Below are positions 34,084 through 43,800 of a stretch of DNA of 64,000 bases, piece by piece. Origin of the DNA: a virus; the IMG/VR virus record IMGVR_UViG_3300018080_000116, positions 74,193-138,192 of that record, one strand, 5' to 3'. A model generated the notes under the pieces. It was given only the letters and a program-made list of their open reading frames with translations. It searched no databases and was not told where the DNA came from. The translations under genes were made by a program, and so were the position numbers. Position 1 is the stretch's first letter, and each line of letters begins with the position of its first letter.

Positions 34084-34458
34084 CTATGGATTATTTTCCC
34101 TCCACCAATAAACCTTGTGGTTGTTGAAGTACCGCCCCTTCCTCAGATTACGCATGTCTTCGGGGTCATCTGGATTCCAAAATCGAACATAGGTGTTGTC
34201 GCCATTTAATCCCACTGGAGAAAATGTCACATATATTCGCTTGTGGTGCCTCCACTGTTTGGGAATGCGGAACACCCACATTTTTTTGCCATCTTTAGCT
34301 TTGATCCGAAAGTTGCCAAAGCCACCTTCGTTGACAAGCAGATAAGCCTTTCCCCACACGCACCTCTCATTCGTAGCGACGGACTCATCCTTCCACGATA
34401 CGAGATGGGCCGCATCATCTGTTCCGGTTGACATCGCAATCACTAGCAGTAGTAACAT
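34084..34458 (-). CDS. putative secreted protein
   Basis: N-terminal hydrophobic MLLLLVIAMS. Confidence 0.5.
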   Translation of the reverse strand: MLLLLVIAMSTGTDDAAHLVSWKDESVATNERCVWGKAYLLVNEGGFGNFRIKAKDGKKMWVFRIPKQWRHHKRIYVTFSPVGLNGDNTYVRFWNPDDPEDMRNLRKGRYFNNHKVYWWRENNP

Positions 34459-35171
34459 TATTTTGCTCGAATTGGAATGTGTTGAACCCAAGCACGCCCA
34501 TTGGGGTGCTGCGGCGGGTAGACTCGGTGCATGGTCACCTTTTGGAGATTGTGGTATCTCTTTTGGAGGTCCATGCCGAGTTTGATGAAGTGGGGGATGT
34601 GATCCGAACGGTCATCCCAGAAGTCAATTTGCACAATTCCATCATGCATCAACTTCTTCTCAATGATGTATTTTTTGTGGGCGATGGTGCTCCCATCTGG
34701 CTTATTCTTCTTTCCGGAACGAGGATAATCTGGCTCGGTGATGAAATCGCCAGAGTAGAATTCATCGTGGGGGTTGGGCTCGTCATCCTCGCCATCATGC
34801 TTGGTGAGGTGTTTCAATGCCTTTTTGTTGGTGGGCGATACATGCCGCTTGCCAATAAGCCCCTGCCCCGCAAGAAGCTGGCGCACACGATCAGAGATGA
34901 TCCCACGTCGGCCTGTCATTAAGACGGCATGGGTATCTGGGTCGGCTTTGGCCTCCAAGAAGGCTCGGACCACTTCTTCGTTGAATGTAACACCATCTGG
35001 CAACGACGCTTGGCTGCCCCACCAATCTTTTCCATTCCACCCCATTCTGTCCTTTTCTTCCTGGGACTCGGGCTTCAGTGGCGAGTTGGCAAGGGTGCCG
35101 TCAAAGTCGAAGATGGCCAATTTGGTCTGACCGGGCATTTGTTGCATCCATTCTCGGAAACTGATTTTCAT
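34458..35171 (-). CDS. HAD-family phosphatase (RNA-repair type)
   Basis: FDFDGTL, LMTGR, FWDDR. Confidence 0.85.
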   Translation of the reverse strand: MKISFREWMQQMPGQTKLAIFDFDGTLANSPLKPESQEEKDRMGWNGKDWWGSQASLPDGVTFNEEVVRAFLEAKADPDTHAVLMTGRRGIISDRVRQLLAGQGLIGKRHVSPTNKKALKHLTKHDGEDDEPNPHDEFYSGDFITEPDYPRSGKKNKPDGSTIAHKKYIIEKKLMHDGIVQIDFWDDRSDHIPHFIKLGMDLQKRYHNLQKVTMHRVYPPQHPNGRAWVQHIPIRAK

Positions 35172-35261
35172 ACGAATATCTATCAGAGCGAAGCCATTTT
35201 ACGAAGAAAGCTCGTAATTCACAATAGACACGAGAACCCGAAGAAGGTTCGCCGCAAAATG

Positions 35262-35292
35262 AAAAACGCCCGGCGAAAGCCGGGCGTTTTTT
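35262..35292. terminator. bidirectional terminator
   Basis: AAAAACGCCCGGC-GAAA-GCCGGGCGTTTTTT. Confidence 0.85.
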
Positions 35293-35293
35293 C

Positions 35294-36841
35294 TTAACCT
35301 TGGCCGACGCCAAGTTTGCCCAGGAATTTTTCAACCTCCAGGGCATCTACGGCTTGGCCTCTCATGTGGTTTGGCAGCTTACCACTGCCACCACAGTAGG
35401 CACAACCACCACCTTGGCAACCAGGACACCTATCTCGGTCGGAACCTTCGATTTCACCCCACTGTGCCAGCGGTCGGTCTTCATCTGCGAACATTCGCAC
35501 GCTCTTGGCCCAGGTGGGTCTGGGGTCTCTAACTTTGCCCTTCTCTGTGAGACGGAACATGTTGACCCATTCTCTGACCTGTTCTGGGCTTAGACCGGTC
35601 CCCCTAATGCGTTTCAACATTACTGCTCGGTCTTGCGGTGAGAATTCTAGAAGTTGCAGCAGGAACATAACCGCACGTCGTTCTTGATTGGCCCAACCGG
35701 TTGGTGTGGCTTGCCCTCTTATGTCTCTCGATCCGCCCAAGGCCGCTTCAACTGCTTCTAGCGGGTTACCTTGAAGCAACCAAGCCAGAGCAAGCGACTT
35801 ATCTCTGCGAGAGGAAAATTCTGAGGGGATATTCATGTTGAGTCTCACCCCTGGGAACACTCGTTCCGACAGACCGGTTCTATCGTAGATCTTAACGTAT
35901 CTTTCAACATCCACATCGGGGTGCAGCAAACCTTTGAGAAACTCATCTCGCACTCTTTCGAGGGCCACACCACGCAGATCAACAAAGTCTTGCAGCGCAT
36001 CTTCGATGTCTGGGTCCATTCTGGACCCCTTGCCGAATCGACAGTGAAATCGCACGGCTCGCATCACACGCAACTTATCTTCATTGAATCTATCTCTTGC
36101 TTTGCCTACCGTTCGGACGACTTGATTTTTGATGTCATGCCACCCCTTCCCGGTGGGATCGTAGAGCCTGTTATTTTCGCCATCGGATTTGGTCAGTTCA
36201 ATATACATGGCGTTGATTGTGAGGTCTCTTCTGCTTGCGTCTTCGTGGGGGTTGTCCACGAAATCCACCAGGGCGGCACCATCGGTCACCTTGGCGTCAC
36301 GACGAAAAGTAGCAATTTCAAACTCCTCGCCATCCACCACAGCGCTGATAACAAATACCTTGCCCGATTCATCTCGTCCCTTAACGAACCAAGTTTTCCT
36401 ATCACTCTTGCTGGATGTTTTGGGGCGGAAGGTGAGTCTGAGTGGCTTGGCATTTTCATCATTTTTACCACTGCGATCAGGCGACATGGTGAAGCCTGCT
36501 GAGGAGAGAATGAGCGCAATTTGTTCTGGGGTGGCATTGCTTGCCAAATCGTAATCCTTGATGGACTTCCCGGCGATGAAATCACGAACGGGACCGCCCA
36601 CCAGAAACAGTGACTTCTTCTGCATGGTGATGGGCTTGCCATCGGTGTTGTCCATCAGCTTGATGTTACCGCTATTCAAGAAAGCTTCAATCAGGGGCCG
36701 CATTTTGGCTGGAGGAATGAATCCCTTTTCCATCTGAATGAATTCTTTCTTCCAGTCTTTGCCCGCATTGCCACTCGCATCGGGCTGGCCTTCTTCTTTC
36801 AGCACAACAAACTGCTTAAATGATGGTATTTCAGGCTTCAT
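35294..36841 (-). CDS. cca: class II tRNA nucleotidyltransferase (CCA-adding-like)
   Basis: VGGPVRD, DYDLA, RRDLTINAM, EDKLRVMRAVRF; C-terminal CxxC-CxxC. Confidence 0.88.
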   Translation of the reverse strand: MKPEIPSFKQFVVLKEEGQPDASGNAGKDWKKEFIQMEKGFIPPAKMRPLIEAFLNSGNIKLMDNTDGKPITMQKKSLFLVGGPVRDFIAGKSIKDYDLASNATPEQIALILSSAGFTMSPDRSGKNDENAKPLRLTFRPKTSSKSDRKTWFVKGRDESGKVFVISAVVDGEEFEIATFRRDAKVTDGAALVDFVDNPHEDASRRDLTINAMYIELTKSDGENNRLYDPTGKGWHDIKNQVVRTVGKARDRFNEDKLRVMRAVRFHCRFGKGSRMDPDIEDALQDFVDLRGVALERVRDEFLKGLLHPDVDVERYVKIYDRTGLSERVFPGVRLNMNIPSEFSSRRDKSLALAWLLQGNPLEAVEAALGGSRDIRGQATPTGWANQERRAVMFLLQLLEFSPQDRAVMLKRIRGTGLSPEQVREWVNMFRLTEKGKVRDPRPTWAKSVRMFADEDRPLAQWGEIEGSDRDRCPGCQGGGCAYCGGSGKLPNHMRGQAVDALEVEKFLGKLGVGQG

Positions 36842-36887
36842 ATTTATCTTCCACTTGTTTGCTATATCTAGGGCATTCTATCAAAAA

Positions 36888-37544
36888 TCAGGCGGCACCG
36901 GAAGCCGCAGGTTGCTGCTGTCTCTGGCCGGTCTGTTGTGAACCGCCAGCGATGTAGCTTTGGCTCGGCGAGCCCATCCCAGCATTTGCCAAAATATCTG
37001 GCAAATCTCTGCGGGCATCCAAAACATCTCTTGCGAAGTCCTTGTCACGCTGTCGTTCCAGGGTGTGTCCTGCAAATGGGAACAACACTTCAACCGGATA
37101 GACTTCTCCTTTTGCCGTCTGTTTGAGGAAGGTGGCCTTAGAGACCATTGCTTGTTGGATGTCGTATTGTTCAGTTCGGCCAGTGGCTTTCAATTGCTCG
37201 ATTGCATTTTTCAGTCCGTGGTATTTTGCCAACGTCGGATCGTTGCCGACCTGCGCAGCATCCACAAGCACAGTAATGGTTAAACCAGAATCATCCAGAC
37301 CTTCATAGCTTCCACCGTAACCAACGTAGGGCGTGGGAGCCTGGGTGGTCTTGTACATGCTCTTTTGAAAAACACTGGAAAGAGCGTCACCGCCTCGGTC
37401 AATCGCTTGAATGTGGTACGGCGTGGTGTCGTGTGCGGCACGTTGGAAGGGGTTGTACATCAACTGTCTCGTACCCGGATTTCGCAGGTAGTCAGTTGAA
37501 GCCTCCTGTGCCATCAGCCAATCTCTAAATCCTAAACTTTCCAT
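36888..37544 (-). CDS. hypothetical, possible internal virion protein
   Basis: MESLGFRDWLMAQE leader. Confidence 0.6.
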   Translation of the reverse strand: MESLGFRDWLMAQEASTDYLRNPGTRQLMYNPFQRAAHDTTPYHIQAIDRGGDALSSVFQKSMYKTTQAPTPYVGYGGSYEGLDDSGLTITVLVDAAQVGNDPTLAKYHGLKNAIEQLKATGRTEQYDIQQAMVSKATFLKQTAKGEVYPVEVLFPFAGHTLERQRDKDFARDVLDARRDLPDILANAGMGSPSQSYIAGGSQQTGQRQQQPAASGAA

Positions 37545-37620
37545 GGGCTTCCTCTAGTAATAGATATATCTATCCGTCGCAAACGGAATAATAAATCCTC
37601 CAGAGCTATATATTTGTGTT

Positions 37621-38127
37621 ATGAGTAAAGAAAAAGAAAAAGAGGAACCAGAGATCATCCAGGAGGTAGACGAAGACCAACTGGACAGGGTGGTTCCTTC
37701 TATGAATGTAAGTCTCCCACAACCCAAGGAAGACGAAGAAGGGAGCTTGGTTTCTGATGAAGCCTTGATGGGGATTTACGGTGAAGTGCTCAAGAATCTC
37801 AGAGACGACCGATGCCAAATCGACACATTCCTGAATGAATTCGCCGAAATGGTTATCAACAGTGGAGATGCTTCCTCTGCCAGTAAAGAGGCGTTGGTGA
37901 ATTTGGTGAAAGCCAAAGTGGACGCAACCGACAAAATGTCCCGAATTGCTGATTTGATGACCAGAGTGAAACTTAAAGAGCGAGATACGTTTCCTCGTTA
38001 TCTGGCAGCGAATCAAAAGAACACTATTAACATTGGTGGTGGAGATGACAAAAAGCAACTCATCCATGCCATCAACAAGAAGCTGAAACAACAAAAGAAA
38101 GCCGGTAAGGAATCAGAAGATGAGTAA
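37621..38127 (+). CDS. hypothetical helical protein, possibly small-terminase-like
   Basis: helical core followed by NTINIGG, loosely like T4 gp16. Confidence 0.4.
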   Translation: MSKEKEKEEPEIIQEVDEDQLDRVVPSMNVSLPQPKEDEEGSLVSDEALMGIYGEVLKNLRDDRCQIDTFLNEFAEMVINSGDASSASKEALVNLVKAKVDATDKMSRIADLMTRVKLKERDTFPRYLAANQKNTINIGGGDDKKQLIHAINKKLKQQKKAGKESEDE

Positions 38128-39454
38128 TCACAGACACAATCTAGAAAGTTGGTTGGCAGAGCAAGACATGCCCATGCTCGGTGGCCAACCAGATCCAGCG
38201 GGCGGTCAAGCGCCTGCGGGTGGTGCTCCTGGCATGGTTGGACCGGAACCGCAACAAGGAATGCCTCCAGCCGACCCCAACATCGCCAACATGCCACCTC
38301 AGGAAATGCCGGGTGCTGAACAAGGGGGACCACCTCCCGATGATGTCACACAAGATCCCCAGGCTCCTGACATGCCAGAAGAGAGCGAAGATGCTGACTT
38401 TGAGCAGTGGAAGAAGGAGTTCTTCAAGCTGGCAATCAAAGGCGACCCCCAAGAGATGCTGGAAATGTTGAATAAGGTTCGTGAATCCGATCAGGGTGAA
38501 GTTCAAGCTTATCAGCGAAAGTTCATTGAAGACAATTTTCAGATTCAGACATTGCGGCTCAATTCCAACATCGCAAAGGCATCTCAAGAAGTTCGCAAGC
38601 TCATTAAAGAACAACTAGATCAAAACAATCCAGCCTCCTCGGTGGTAAACCACCTCGGAGCCGTGTTGGAACTAGACCCTCTGCTCAACAACATCTTCAT
38701 CAAGTTGGATGGCTATGGGGGATTGAAGGGAGACCTGCACAGAAAGTTCCTAGCCGCTTTAATGGGCGCTGTGCAAGTGAGCAGTGGTGCAGACGGTGAA
38801 GACATCATTTTCAACGAAAAGGAATACTCGATAATGATGAGCACTCGCTTCTCTGCCAAATGGGGCAAAGTGAAGTTGGGGGATTGGAGTCTTCGAGAAG
38901 ATGATCCTCAGCGATACTTGTCTGAACCAGAATTAAAACGGCTTGAAGGTGGCAGCCCGGAAGAAAAGGACGTGCTTCGTCGCCGAATCGTTCTTGAATC
39001 CATTGCCGAGAAGTTCGAACAGCGTGCCTTTGTGTTCCATGTTGTTGACGACAATGGAGCAATCCACACCCTTGGTTGGGATGCAGCCGGTTCGTTAAGG
39101 GCGGCTTACACCGAAGGCAAATTGGTAGTTAGAACCCGCCACGCAGAAAATTCAGAAGCAATGATTGATGATAATGGGCAGCTAATCCCTCTGATTGATC
39201 TTAACATTTATTACGTCAAGGAAACTGGTCAAACAGACGAAGAGGGGATGCCCGCAACTGAAGAGATTGAGTTTATGGAAAGAAGAAATGGCATGCTGTT
39301 TCTAACCGCAAGTTTGCAGACGATCAAAGAGTCGGCCTCTGCACTGCAAGGGGCGGTATTTAAGGAGACTCCATATAATGGAAATCCAAGCGATCTCAAA
39401 ACTTTAAGGAGATGCGTGTACTCTACACACGACCTATTACTGAAGCAATGTTAA
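38120..39454 (+). CDS. putative virion protein with Pro/Gln/Gly-rich N-terminus
   Basis: long ORF at the start of the morphogenesis block. Confidence 0.65.
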   Translation: MSNHRHNLESWLAEQDMPMLGGQPDPAGGQAPAGGAPGMVGPEPQQGMPPADPNIANMPPQEMPGAEQGGPPPDDVTQDPQAPDMPEESEDADFEQWKKEFFKLAIKGDPQEMLEMLNKVRESDQGEVQAYQRKFIEDNFQIQTLRLNSNIAKASQEVRKLIKEQLDQNNPASSVVNHLGAVLELDPLLNNIFIKLDGYGGLKGDLHRKFLAALMGAVQVSSGADGEDIIFNEKEYSIMMSTRFSAKWGKVKLGDWSLREDDPQRYLSEPELKRLEGGSPEEKDVLRRRIVLESIAEKFEQRAFVFHVVDDNGAIHTLGWDAAGSLRAAYTEGKLVVRTRHAENSEAMIDDNGQLIPLIDLNIYYVKETGQTDEEGMPATEEIEFMERRNGMLFLTASLQTIKESASALQGAVFKETPYNGNPSDLKTLRRCVYSTHDLLLKQC

Positions 39455-39705
39455 CTTTCAACGAATTCTGCGAAAGCAAAGAAATAGAATCGTTGGCCAA
39501 GAAAGCCAAGGTAGACATTAAAGGTCTTTCCTGCCAGCAAATCAAAATGGGCATGAAAGTAGAAAAGGAACATGATGGCCCCATGGGCAAAGACACAGAT
39601 GTCGTACCGGGACACGACAAGGGCACAATATTAAAAATTGTCGTAGCACACCTAAGGGAAGATCCCAAGTATTACACCAAATTGAAGAAGGTGGAGGGTG
39701 AATGA
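39448..39705 (+). CDS. DUF5661-like protein
   Basis: GMKVEKEH...HLREDPKYYTKL; start MLTFNEF. Confidence 0.7.
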   Translation: MLTFNEFCESKEIESLAKKAKVDIKGLSCQQIKMGMKVEKEHDGPMGKDTDVVPGHDKGTILKIVVAHLREDPKYYTKLKKVEGE

Positions 39706-40193
39706 AAACATTCCATGAATTTGTTGACAAGAAAACAAGAAGAGCGAAGCGACAACTTCAGATTGTTGAAAAACTTCTCAAGCAACAGGGAATGACTGTT
39801 GGCAGTTTTTTGGAAGGTGATGATCCATACATCTTCCTCAAGGCCAACAAAGGCAGTGCGTCTTTCGAGGGCGTGCGCATATATAAGATCGGTGGCAACC
39901 TAGCCTACCGCATCCAAAAGGAAGAGAAGACCCACCCTTACGGCAAAGCCTATTCCTTAGACATCGAGGGCATGTGGGATGATCTTATCGGCGACAAAAT
40001 GGACGAAGAGGCAGCCGGTAAAAAGATCATTTCCGCAGTGAGAGAAGAGTTCGAGAATTTCTTCGCCAAAAGCCTCGACGCCGAAAAGCAACTCCGACAG
40101 GGAGACTTCGACAAGAAGGGCAACCCCATGGGCAATGTCATGCTTACAGGCACAGGTAGCGACTATTCAAACTTAGTACATAGCAAATCGTAA
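39702..40193 (+). CDS. hypothetical virion-associated protein
   Basis: MKTFHEFV leader. Confidence 0.6.
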   Translation: MKTFHEFVDKKTRRAKRQLQIVEKLLKQQGMTVGSFLEGDDPYIFLKANKGSASFEGVRIYKIGGNLAYRIQKEEKTHPYGKAYSLDIEGMWDDLIGDKMDEEAAGKKIISAVREEFENFFAKSLDAEKQLRQGDFDKKGNPMGNVMLTGTGSDYSNLVHSKS

Positions 40194-40194
40194 C

Positions 40195-40848
40195 ATGCCG
40201 GAAATGGGAGAACAGGGGCCTCAACTACAGGCTCCTCAACAAGCTGGAGGGGACTTCGTTGAAAGTCTATTCTCCCCGGTCACGCAGGGGCCGGTGGCCA
40301 ATCCCGATGCCGCTCGATCTCCCGACCCAATCGTGCGGAAAGGCAGTCTCATTAGTTTCAACTACATGTTCATGAAGCATGATCCTTATCCCATGGTAAT
40401 TGTGACTGATGTGCGGTACGGCCAAAGAATACGAGGTGTGAACCTCAACTACCTAACTTTTTTTGACATCAAGCAAATGTTGAATCGGTTTGGCGAAAAT
40501 CCATCGTTTTCCTACCAGACAATAAAGTACGACAGAACATTATTAGCGGCCCTCGAAGCATTCCGAGAATACAAGTGGATGGGAGTAAGACAGTTAAGGA
40601 AACTGAACAGTGACTTTCTCTTACAAACTATCGAGATGGCAAGAAACTATGATCCATCTCAAATGAATGCAATGAGACAGGCGGTGCAAGAACAGATCAA
40701 GCAACAGGTTACACCGAAAGCTGATGAAATAGCGGAGCCTGAAGGACTATATACTCCTCAACAGCCCACGGGTACTACCGGCACGATCCCAACTGTTCCC
40801 ACCAAGCCTGCAAGCCAGCCAGCCATCGGCGGGGAAGGTAATCAGTAA
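40195..40848 (+). CDS. possible T4 gp2-like DNA end protector
   Basis: FNY...DPYPMV...GVNLNYL. Confidence 0.45.
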   Translation: MPEMGEQGPQLQAPQQAGGDFVESLFSPVTQGPVANPDAARSPDPIVRKGSLISFNYMFMKHDPYPMVIVTDVRYGQRIRGVNLNYLTFFDIKQMLNRFGENPSFSYQTIKYDRTLLAALEAFREYKWMGVRQLRKLNSDFLLQTIEMARNYDPSQMNAMRQAVQEQIKQQVTPKADEIAEPEGLYTPQQPTGTTGTIPTVPTKPASQPAIGGEGNQ

Positions 40849-43800
40849 ATGGCCCAACTCCAGGATATAACAGGACGCCTAGTCACAATGGAAGGAGAAC
40901 TCTCCGAGATGACTGGCGTTCTGCGCCAAATGCTTGCCAAGCAAGACATGGGTGCGGCCATTCCCTACATGGAAGAAGAGAAAACCAAGAATGAGGAGAG
41001 GAATACAAAGCTCGATGAAATTCGAGACATCATGCAAACCCTCAGCGACGACTTCAAGGAAGAGATGGACAATGCCGAGGATTATGCCGCCCAAATCAAA
41101 GAAGTAGTTGAAAGTCTAAGGGAAGCAAAAGGAACTGCTGGTGAAGCCACACCTGCGGCACCCACAGCGGCACCAACTGCTACCATGGGTTTCGATAACC
41201 TCGTTGGTTCGATGAGTGACGTACTCGGCAAAGATCAGGCTAAAATAGCCAAGTCGCTTACCACAGAAGAAAAATTATTGACGGCCATAGCCGCTTCCTC
41301 TAGGGCCATTGAATCGCAAATCAGAACGCTAACAAGTGCCGCCACCACCAAAGGCTCAATCCACACGCAGGTGGACGGTTCAGATGTCATCAATGTCACC
41401 AATTCACTTCTTGAAGCCCAGATCAAAGAGAGATCTGGCAAGGACATCAAGGTAGATGTAGCACAGATTGGCGGGGGCGCTGGCGGGGGGACTGGCGGGG
41501 GTAGCGGTCCTGGTTCTGTGTTCCCAACTGACGGAGATGCAGCAGCGGCAGGCGAGACGGCAGGCAAAACTTATCGTGAACACTTTTACAAAGCCGGTAT
41601 TTTCGGCACCATGGCTGCTGCCCTGGCAGGCTTAATCAAAAAATTCAGTCCCATAGAACATTTATTCAAGGGCGTGGTTCAAGACGAACTTGAATTCATG
41701 CAAAACATGCGTGCCACGGCTTTCGAGGTAGAAGGCATCTCGGCCTCCACACGAGGGCTACAAGAAGAATGGCAGCAAACTGGACGGGTGGTTGCACGCA
41801 CGGGCATGAACCTGACCGAATTCCAGACACAGTACGTAAAAAACTTGCGTGCTGGCGTTATTTCTCAAAAGGCAGCCCTCGATGTTACCAAGACAGGGCT
41901 ACATCTATCCCAGATGATCGGTGCGAACCATGAGCAGACTTCAGATACACTCATGAATTGGCACAAAACCATGGGCATGAATCAGAATCAAATGGCCCAG
42001 TTCAGCAGATCACTCCAGGATGTTGCACGACTAACCGGCGTGACTGGCGACAACTTAATGGAAGCCGTCAAAGCATCTGAAGAGCTTGTAAAGAATATGA
42101 GAAATGCAGGTCAGTTGACCGCAGCAGCCGCCGCCAACCTCACATCCACCATGGCTTCCGCCCAAAAACTTGGAGTGGCTGAAGGTGCGCAAGAAATAAT
42201 GAAAGCTCTTACGGGCACAAATGCTTTGCTGCAAGAAACCAGTAAAGAAACGCAAACCTTCCTGTTTAATGCAGGTGTGCATGCCGGGAGGTTTGGAGAT
42301 GTGTGGTCTGGAACCATCAGCCAAACCAAAGCAGGCATGAAAGATCTCGCTGGGGGTATGAAGGGGTTTGTCGAGAGTGTCATGGGGCAAACCATGGACG
42401 ATTTCGACAAACTCAGTAAAGAAGAAAAAGCGAAGCTGAACTTCATTGTCAAAAATGTCACCGGTAAATCCATCGATGAAGCTCGAAGAATTATTGAGTC
42501 CATCGAAGAAGGTGCCAAGACATATGGAGATCGAATATCAGACATCAACAAACGACTAAGGGAGGAAACGCTTACCCTCGAAGAGAGGAAGAAACTAGAA
42601 GAAGATAGATTGGCCATGCAAATTGGCGGGGGCTTTGAATTCCTCACTGCATTCGACGAAGCCGCAAAGAAGGGGCTTGACATGAGTGCAGCCGTACAAG
42701 ACGCCATGGCCAACAACGAGGATTTGGCAGCAAGCATGGGTTCTATGGGCCTAAACATAGACATGATGGGCCCAACCATGGCGCTTGAAAAAGCTGCACT
42801 TTTCACTGCTGAAAGGCTGAAGGAGGCGGGCGGTGCCGACTTTACACCACAAATCCAACGAGCGTTGGATACCGGTGATACCCAAGCCATGCGTGAAGTC
42901 TTATCCGATATGAGTGCTGCCCAACAAGAGTTGGCCATGGACACCAAGAAGGGCCTCGATCCCATGACTGAGATGGCCCACAACTTCAACAAGCTGAACG
43001 AAACCGTTCGTGACTTCACGGGGCCAGCTTTAAGGTACATGTCTGGAATGATGATGTGGTTGGCGGTGATCGCTGGCGGCATTGGTTCCGTGTGGACTGC
43101 CGCTCTTGGCTTCGGCGAACTGAAAAAAGGTTTAGCCGGATTGTTTGGAATGGGCGGTGGTGCTGGCGATATGATGGAAGGGATGGACGAAGCAGGAATT
43201 GATGATGTATTTAAGGCTGGCTTGGCCAAAGCGGGCGAATACGTGCCCCAAAGTATCAAGGATATGTTTGGTGCAGGACTCGGCAAGGCCAAAGATTTGA
43301 TTGGTGCGGTCATTCCTGGCGCATTTGCAGACAGTGTTGCGGATGCTGGATTGGATACCGTAGGAGACGTGGTGGGGGATGCTGTTGCTGGCGGTGTGTC
43401 CGACGCTTTGACAGCTTCGACGGGAAGCATCACCACAGGCTTGGGTAGCGAGCTTGCAGATGGTATGACCAGCACACTTACCGCAGGTTTGGATGATGTG
43501 GGCGATCATTTCACAAGCACTATTGTTGGAAACTTCGATGATGCTCTAGGTGGCGTGAACATAGAAGATGTGGGCTTGCTTGACCAAGCAGGCGACATCC
43601 TGGGGGGCGGGCCAGAAGGCGGAAAGGCACCTTCGTTCGATTGGGGTGGCATCGAAAAAATTGGCGAGGAATTGAAGAAAGCCGCCCCAACCCTCATCAA
43701 AGCAGCTATTGGCCTCGCAATCGCTGCTGCGGCTGTAGTTCTACTCATCAAAGTCTTGCAGGCTGTTGGAATTGGCCCCAAGGAAGCAATGGAAGGGGCC

